A stretch of 32,000 bases of DNA from Fastidiosibacter lacustris (GTDB lineage: Bacteria; Pseudomonadota; Gammaproteobacteria; Francisellales; Francisellaceae): the NCBI RefSeq assembly GCF_003428155.1, contig NZ_QLIR01000002.1, positions 180,001 to 212,000 on the forward strand, in the 5' to 3' direction. This document shows positions 27,110 through 32,000 of the stretch, one piece after another (within the stretch, counting starts at the first letter, position 1; each line of letters starts with the position of its first letter). The notes beneath the pieces were generated by a model. That model worked only from the letters and a program-made list of their open reading frames with translations, made no database searches and had not been told where the DNA came from. The position numbers and the translations under genes are program-made.

Positions 27110-28483
27110 TTATAAGCGATTGAGTCCATTTAATGCTGCGACTCGATACGCTTCTGCCATAGTAGGGTAATTGAATGTGGTGTTAATAAAATACATAAGC
27201 GTGTTGGCTTTACCTTTTTGGGACATAATTGCTTGACCGATATGAATAATCTCAGAGGCTTGACTCCCAAAACAGTGAATCCCTAGTAGTTGCAAGGTTT
27301 CACGATGGAAAATAAGCTTAAGCATTCCTGTGGTTTTACCTGAAATTTGAGCGCGTGCTAGGTCTTTAAAAAACGCATGTCCGATCTCATAAGGCACTTT
27401 TTCTGTGGTAAGTTCTTGCTCTGTTTTTCCAACAGAACTAATTTCTGGTAAGGTATAAATGCCAGTTGGAATGTCTTTAATCAAGTGGGTTGTGCATTTG
27501 CCTTCGGCAATGTGCGTTGCAGCAAAGCGCCCTTGATCAAAAGCCGCTGAAGCCAGCGATGGGTAACCTACCACATCACCAACTGCGTAAATATGTGTAT
27601 GTTGTATCGTTTGATAATTTTCGTTTATTTCAATCGAGCCACGTATGTTAGGTTCAATGTCAATGTTTTGAAGTCCAAGCTTATCTGTGTTACCTGTCCG
27701 ACCTTGCGCAAACAGTAAGTAATCAGATTTTATAATTTTGTTTGATTTGAGTTTAAGGCTCACCTCATAATCGTTAGCGATTATACTGTCATAGAATTCA
27801 TTGTGGCGCGTACGAATACCTTGTTCACGGAAGTGATAACTCAAAGCATCAATGACTTCATTGTCCAAGAATGATAATAAGCGCTCACGATTATTGATAA
27901 GGTTGACACGAATTTTTAATGTGCGAAAAATCGAGGCATATTCACAACCAATTACTCCTGCCCCATAAATGGTGATAGTTTTAGGGTTATCCTTTAGCTT
28001 TAAAACGCTATCGCTATCGAGGATGCGGGGATGACTAAAGTCGATATCATTTGGATTGTATGGGCGTGAGCCTGTTGCGATCACAAAATATTTTGCACTG
28101 TACTGTTCACGTAGTAATTCACCCTCGCCTTGTTTACAGATACATATGGTATGTGGGTCGATGAATTTAGCAAAACCATGAAGCATATCAACATTGTTAC
28201 GCTTGTAAAAACCTGTTTTGAGTTGAGTTTGTGCCTCGATAACACGTGTTGCATTTTCAAGCATTTGTGGATAGCTATAATCATGATATTTAGCATGAAA
28301 GGCGAAGTGAGATACCGTATGACGTAGTGCTTTACTCGGGATAGTGCCTTGATGTGTGCAATTACCGCCGATCAGGTTCGACTCGATGATTGCGACTTTA
28401 AGCCCAGATTTGGCAGCTTTAATTGCTGCTCCCTCACCACCTGGTCCACTGCCAATTACCATAACGTCATAGTCAAATTGCAT
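27110..28483 (-). CDS. sthA: Soluble pyridine nucleotide transhydrogenase (Si-specific)
   Basis: Near full-length colinearity with E. coli SthA: [33 protein letters not shown] (the single-Cys SthA signature), [52 protein letters not shown]. Confidence 0.95.
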   Translation of the reverse strand: MQFDYDVMVIGSGPGGEGAAIKAAKSGLKVAIIESNLIGGNCTHQGTIPSKALRHTVSHFAFHAKYHDYSYPQMLENATRVIEAQTQLKTGFYKRNNVDMLHGFAKFIDPHTICICKQGEGELLREQYSAKYFVIATGSRPYNPNDIDFSHPRILDSDSVLKLKDNPKTITIYGAGVIGCEYASIFRTLKIRVNLINNRERLLSFLDNEVIDALSYHFREQGIRTRHNEFYDSIIANDYEVSLKLKSNKIIKSDYLLFAQGRTGNTDKLGLQNIDIEPNIRGSIEINENYQTIQHTHIYAVGDVVGYPSLASAAFDQGRFAATHIAEGKCTTHLIKDIPTGIYTLPEISSVGKTEQELTTEKVPYEIGHAFFKDLARAQISGKTTGMLKLIFHRETLQLLGIHCFGSQASEIIHIGQAIMSQKGKANTLMYFINTTFNYPTMAEAYRVAALNGLNRL

Positions 28484-28643
28484 AATGATTCCGAGCTTAA
28501 AAAATTTGGTGCAGATTGTATCACAGCAATCTAGATGTGTTGAGAAATATATGAAGTTAATTCAATTTATATGGGAGCTGTGTATTTTTCTATCTTGCTG
28601 TATAGATCCTAAAACAACTTTAAGATAAATTTTATTAGAAAAT

Positions 28644-28676
28644 TTAAGGATGACATCACTATCCTTAATTTATTTT
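28644..28676 (+). terminator. Orphan terminator-like hairpin in the divergent sthA / rpsP intergenic region
   Basis: TTAAGGAT (28644-28651) pairs with ATCCTTAA (28661-28668), 9-nt loop, followed by TTTATTTTT. No annotated + strand gene lies upstream of it. Confidence 0.3.
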
Positions 28677-28846
28677 TCGGAGCTAAAAAATGTGTAATTT
28701 CAGGATTTAAAGCAGAAATTTTTAATCGAAAAACTAGCGAAACAAATTGAAATAAGGTAAAATTCGCCCGTTTTTGCATTTGCTTATTAATTTAAATGCA
28801 GATTCTAGAGCAACAATAATTAATTTTTATAAATTTGGAGAATATT

Positions 28847-29107
28847 ATGGTCGTTATTCGTATGGCTAGAGGCGGCGCTAAGAAGCGTCCTTTTTATAGA
28901 ATCGTGGTAACTGATAGCCGCACAGCACGTGATGGTCGTCCTATCGAGCGTGTTGGTTTCTTTAATCCGTTAGCAAAAGAGCATGAAGAGAAAGTGCGTG
29001 TTGACCTTGAGCGTGTAGACTACTGGTTGGGTACAGGTGCAAAAATGTCTGATCGTGTTACTTCTTTAGTAAAAGAAGCACGTAAATCAGGTACTGCACA
29101 AGCTTAA
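28847..29107 (+). CDS. rpsP: 30S ribosomal protein S16
   Basis: [21 protein letters not shown] matches the S16 N-terminus. GGAG lies 6 nt upstream of ATG 28847. The ORF-track TTG at 28835 adds 4 spurious residues. Confidence 0.95.
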   Translation: MVVIRMARGGAKKRPFYRIVVTDSRTARDGRPIERVGFFNPLAKEHEEKVRVDLERVDYWLGTGAKMSDRVTSLVKEARKSGTAQA

Positions 29108-29140
29108 TGTTTTTTGGGGTGCTTAAGTGCCCAATGATTG

Positions 29141-29180
29141 AAAACGCCAATTTACGCTTGCCGTAGTTGGCGTTTTTGTT
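29141..29180 (+). terminator. Terminator/attenuator-like hairpin between rpsP and rimM
   Basis: AAAACGCCAA (29141-29150) pairs perfectly with TTGGCGTTTT (29167-29176). An inner TACG/CGTA extension is present, and the stem runs into TTTTTGTTT. Confidence 0.5.
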
Positions 29181-29205
29181 TACGTAAAATTACAAAGGGT
29201 TAATT

Positions 29206-29733
29206 ATGCTACAGCAAGATAATGACAGTATGGTTGTCATCGCTAAGGTAGGGGCGCCATATCGCTTAAAAGGTGAGCTAAAACTTTATGTATTAAGTGA
29301 TTCCATCGAAACAGCATTATCCTATGGGCAGTGGTATATTAAAAAACCAAGTGATAGTATATGGCATAAGCTTGAAGGCGAAGTAGTTAGCCGTGTTGGT
29401 GATAAGATTTTGATTCAATTCCCAGATGCCAATATTAAAGAAATAGCTGCCAAGTATACCAATTCGTCTATTGGTGTACCACGATTAGCTTTAAAAGAAA
29501 TTGCGGAAGATGATGAATATTATTGGGTAGATTTGATTGGTATGAGCGTGATTAATCAACAAGGCGATATTTTTGGTTGGGTAGAAGATATCTTAGATAC
29601 TGGCGTCAATGAAGTACTTTGTTGTAAGCACGGTGACAAAAAATACCTTATTCCATTTGGGAAAGACTATATTGTTGAAGTCAATCAAAAAGTAAGGCAA
29701 ATTATTGTCGATTGGCAATACGATTACTTATAA
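29206..29733 (+). CDS. rimM: 16S rRNA processing protein RimM
   Basis: 175 aa. [16 protein letters not shown] (RimM N-domain), PRC-barrel C-domain, and its position in the rpsP-rimM-trmD-rplS operon. Confidence 0.92.
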   Translation: MLQQDNDSMVVIAKVGAPYRLKGELKLYVLSDSIETALSYGQWYIKKPSDSIWHKLEGEVVSRVGDKILIQFPDANIKEIAAKYTNSSIGVPRLALKEIAEDDEYYWVDLIGMSVINQQGDIFGWVEDILDTGVNEVLCCKHGDKKYLIPFGKDYIVEVNQKVRQIIVDWQYDYL

Positions 29734-29743
29734 GGTGAGGGGT

Positions 29744-30493
29744 ATGCGCTTTATTGTGATTAGCATTTTTCCTGAGATGTTTTCTGCATTGTCTGAGTTT
29801 GGGATTTCAGCACGTGCGGTCAACAACGAAAAAGTGCAATTAACAATAATTAATCCGCGTGAATTTGCTACTAATCGTTATCAAAGCATAGATGATAGAC
29901 CATTTGGTGGTGGACCTGGCATGGTGATGATGTATGACCCTTTACAAAAAGCGATTATGGATGCCAAAAAAAGATTGAACAAATTAGCTAAGGTTGTATA
30001 CTTGTCGCCCCAGGGGAAGCCATTAACACAAGCACGTGTTAAGGAGCTTGCCTGTGAAGATGCTTTAATCTTGCTTTGTGGTCGTTATGAAGGTATTGAC
30101 GAACGTTTGATTGAGCGTCATGTTGATGAAGAAATCTCGATTGGTGATTATGTGTTAAGTGGTGGCGAGTTACCAGCAATGGTATTGATGGACAGTATTA
30201 TGCGTCTGTTGCCGGATGTTTTAAACGATCAAGAATCAGCAGTTGAAGATTCATTTTATAATGGTTTGCTAGATTGTCCGCATTATACACGCCCAGCTCA
30301 ACATAGTGAGGCAGGGGATGTGCCAGCAGTGCTGTTATCAGGTGATCATAGAAAAATTCAACAATGGCGACAGCAACAAAAAATAAAACGCACATTTATG
30401 CGGCGCAAAGATTTGATTGAGTGCCTATGTCTATCGGATGAAGATAAGCAATACCTTGCGCAAATAGCGCATGAAGAACAAAATAAAACGTGA
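29744..30493 (+). CDS. trmD: tRNA (guanine37-N1)-methyltransferase
   Basis: [14 protein letters not shown]-terminus. [25 protein letters not shown] and [29 protein letters not shown] Shine-Dalgarno upstream of ATG 29744. The ORF-track start at 29705 overlaps rimM and adds non-homologous residues. Confidence 0.93.
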   Translation: MRFIVISIFPEMFSALSEFGISARAVNNEKVQLTIINPREFATNRYQSIDDRPFGGGPGMVMMYDPLQKAIMDAKKRLNKLAKVVYLSPQGKPLTQARVKELACEDALILLCGRYEGIDERLIERHVDEEISIGDYVLSGGELPAMVLMDSIMRLLPDVLNDQESAVEDSFYNGLLDCPHYTRPAQHSEAGDVPAVLLSGDHRKIQQWRQQQKIKRTFMRRKDLIECLCLSDEDKQYLAQIAHEEQNKT

Positions 30494-30522
30494 TAGAGAA
30501 TGCACATTTAGGAGAAAAATAA

Positions 30523-30870
30523 ATGAAAAGTAAATATTTAGAATTAGTTGAAAAATCACAATTACGTAGCGATATCCCAACGATGTATCCAGGTGATTCT
30601 GTTGTTGTTAATGTCTGGGTAAAAGAAGGTGATAAAGCACGTGTTCAAGCTTTCAAGGGCTTTGTGTTAGCAATTAAAAATCGTGGTATTAACTCAGCTT
30701 TTACCGTGCGCAAAATGTCATCTGGGGAGGGTGTTGAACGCACATTCCAAACACACAGTCCAATTATTGAAAGTGTAATCATAGAAAGACGTGCAAAAGT
30801 TCGTCGCGCTAAACTTTACTACATGCGTGGACTTACTGGTAAGGCTGCAAGAATTAAAGAAAAAGTATAA
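30523..30870 (+). CDS. rplS: 50S ribosomal protein L19
   Basis: 115 aa. [33 protein letters not shown]...[18 protein letters not shown]...RRAKLYYMR. Confidence 0.97.
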   Translation: MKSKYLELVEKSQLRSDIPTMYPGDSVVVNVWVKEGDKARVQAFKGFVLAIKNRGINSAFTVRKMSSGEGVERTFQTHSPIIESVIIERRAKVRRAKLYYMRGLTGKAARIKEKV

Positions 30871-30887
30871 TTTTAAAAGTACTCCCC

Positions 30888-30929
30888 AATATCAATATCA
30901 ATATCAATATCAATATCAATATCAATACC
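30888..30929. repeat. Hexanucleotide microsatellite (AATATC)x6 plus one degenerate unit (AATACC)
   Basis: Direct reading gives AATATC repeated six times exactly from 30888 to 30923, then AATACC at 30924-30929. It begins 17 nt after the rplS stop codon. Confidence 0.95.
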
Positions 30930-31426
30930 ACTAAACAGTAAAAGAGACATTTTTTATTGTAAAATTGGTTCACTTTTTAATGGTTCAAGACAGATCTTGT
31001 AATCTGTTGAACTCAGATAATAAAATCTATTTAATTTTGTTTACATCAATATTTTTATAGCTTGATACTGCTTAAGGTTGCGTTTAGCTTCTGCCATATC
31101 GGAATAGACTTTATAGTCTTTCAAATAAACCTCTTTATGTCATATGCTCAATAAAAATATGATCAAAAGCTGCCCATCTACGTTGATTTTAATATCATTG
31201 ACAAAGCATATTTAAACGAAGTGCTGACTTCTATTCTAGACCTCATGGTTGGTGATGTTAAGGATGGTTTATTGGTTTTTTGATGGAGATTGAGTAAGTA
31301 AGATTGAGATGATGTGAAAATCTTAGTTTTTGGTGGTCAATCCGATATTTTGGTTTTATTATTAGCGGCAAATTAAGGTTTGATGATATAAAGATATAAT
31401 CTTTTGATTCAGGGAGTATTTACTCA

Positions 31427-32000
31427 ATGCCAATATTGCAATGGCTCAATAGAGAGGAAAGCATAAGAAAAAGCAGTAAGGTGCCGTATCGTTTGTTAGA
31501 GGTTGACGATAGTTTATCTTATGGTGACAAAGATACTGAAAATATGTTGATACAGGGAGATAACCTTGATGCGTTAAAGGCTTTGTTGCCTTATTATGCG
31601 GGTAAAGTGAAGTGTATATTTATAGACCCCCCATACAATACTAAAAGTGCTTTTGAGTATTACGAGGATAACTTAGAGCATACAAAATGGCTTGAGATGA
31701 TGTATCCAAGGTTGGAGTTATTGCGCGAATTATTGAGTGAAGATGGAAGTATTTGGGTAACGATAGATGATAACGAAGCACATTATTTAAAAGTTATAAT
31801 GGATGAGGTTTTTGGAAGAAAAAACTTTGTAACCAACATTGTTTGGCAAAAAAAATATACAACCTCAAATGATTCAAAAGGTATTCCTGATTCCCATGAT
31901 CATATTTTAGTTTTTAAAAAATCAGAAAAATTTGAAAGAGGTCTTCTTCCAAGAAATGATAAGCAGAATTCAATGTATAAATACGATGATGGTGATGGAA
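31427..32000 (+). CDS. Site-specific DNA methyltransferase (N6-adenine/N4-cytosine, beta class, Type III Mod-like), 5' part only; continues past the window end
   Basis: AGGGAG Shine-Dalgarno at 31411-31416 and ATG at 31427. The frame is open to base 32000. Translation is MPILQWLNRE...MLIQGDNLDALKALLPYYAGKVKCIFIDPPYNT (DPPY at 31625-31636)...HTKWLEMMYPRLELLRELLSEDGSIWVTIDDNEAHYLKVIMDEVFGRKNFVTNIVWQKK, the characteristic N-terminal half of Type III Mod / PF01555 methylases. It is absent from the ORF track because it lacks a stop in the window. Confidence 0.85.
   Translation, partial: MPILQWLNREESIRKSSKVPYRLLEVDDSLSYGDKDTENMLIQGDNLDALKALLPYYAGKVKCIFIDPPYNTKSAFEYYEDNLEHTKWLEMMYPRLELLRELLSEDGSIWVTIDDNEAHYLKVIMDEVFGRKNFVTNIVWQKKYTTSNDSKGIPDSHDHILVFKKSEKFERGLLPRNDKQNSMYKYDDGDG

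Noticed and set aside
28081-28534. ORFs 28081-28296 (-), 28130-28327 (+) and 28349-28534 (+)
   Set aside because: All overlap sthA, whose full-length colinearity with E. coli SthA leaves no doubt about the true frame.
30198-30395. ORF 30198-30395 (-)
   Set aside because: Antisense within trmD.
30888-30929. The hexamer repeat as a possible CRISPR array or coding repeat
   Set aside because: The unit length is 6 nt with no spacers, and no ORF spans it. It is a simple microsatellite, not a CRISPR array.
31155-31283. Protein-like open frame (…KLPIYVDFNIIDKAYLNEVLTSILDLMVGDVKDGLLVF) upstream of the methyltransferase
   Set aside because: Careful indexing shows an in-frame TAA at 31152-31154, leaving only 42 codons with no usable start codon. 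It is too short and start-less to call, and at best a decayed fragment.
30871-31426. A tRNA gene, att site or integrase marking a genomic island downstream of rplS
   Set aside because: I found no tRNA-like cloverleaf or T-loop (GTTCGAATC-type) sequence, no integrase ORF and no direct repeat of the rplS 3' end. The island boundary remains an inference from gene content only.

Overview
This window looks like a chromosomal segment from an AT-rich gammaproteobacterium (taxon inferred only from protein similarity and gene order). It is densely packed and mostly core housekeeping genes in classic syntenic blocks: dprA-smg, fkpB-ispH, pssA, thrS-infC-rpmI-rplT, ppiC, deaD, deoB-deoC-tmk, nhaA, tsaE/folC/accD, sthA and rpsP-rimM-trmD-rplS. 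I found no rRNA, tRNA, CRISPR array, transposase or integrase. There are four non-core parts. (1) The left end (1-5300) holds a partial LysE exporter, an orphan Wzz-like bitopic coiled-coil membrane protein and a 1137-aa SWIM/SNF2 helicase. (2) An orphan signalling protein at 17324-18823 has a PAS domain, a histidine-kinase-like H-box but no recognisable ATPase domain, a degenerate receiver and a canonical receiver. (3) An orphan PotF-like binding protein lies at 23091-24290. (4) At the right end, rplS is followed by a hexanucleotide microsatellite, about 500 bp of non-coding DNA and the 5' part of a Type III-like (beta-class, DPPY) DNA methyltransferase that runs off the window, which may be the edge of a restriction/defence island. 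I do not see a complete multi-gene novel system inside the window. The best leads are the kinase-less PAS/H-box/REC-REC protein, the SWIM-SNF2 helicase with its convergent Wzz-like neighbour, and the rplS-proximal island edge. I revised several ORF-track start sites: infC uses ATT, and rpsP, trmD, deaD, tmk, tsaE and the potF-like gene were also moved.
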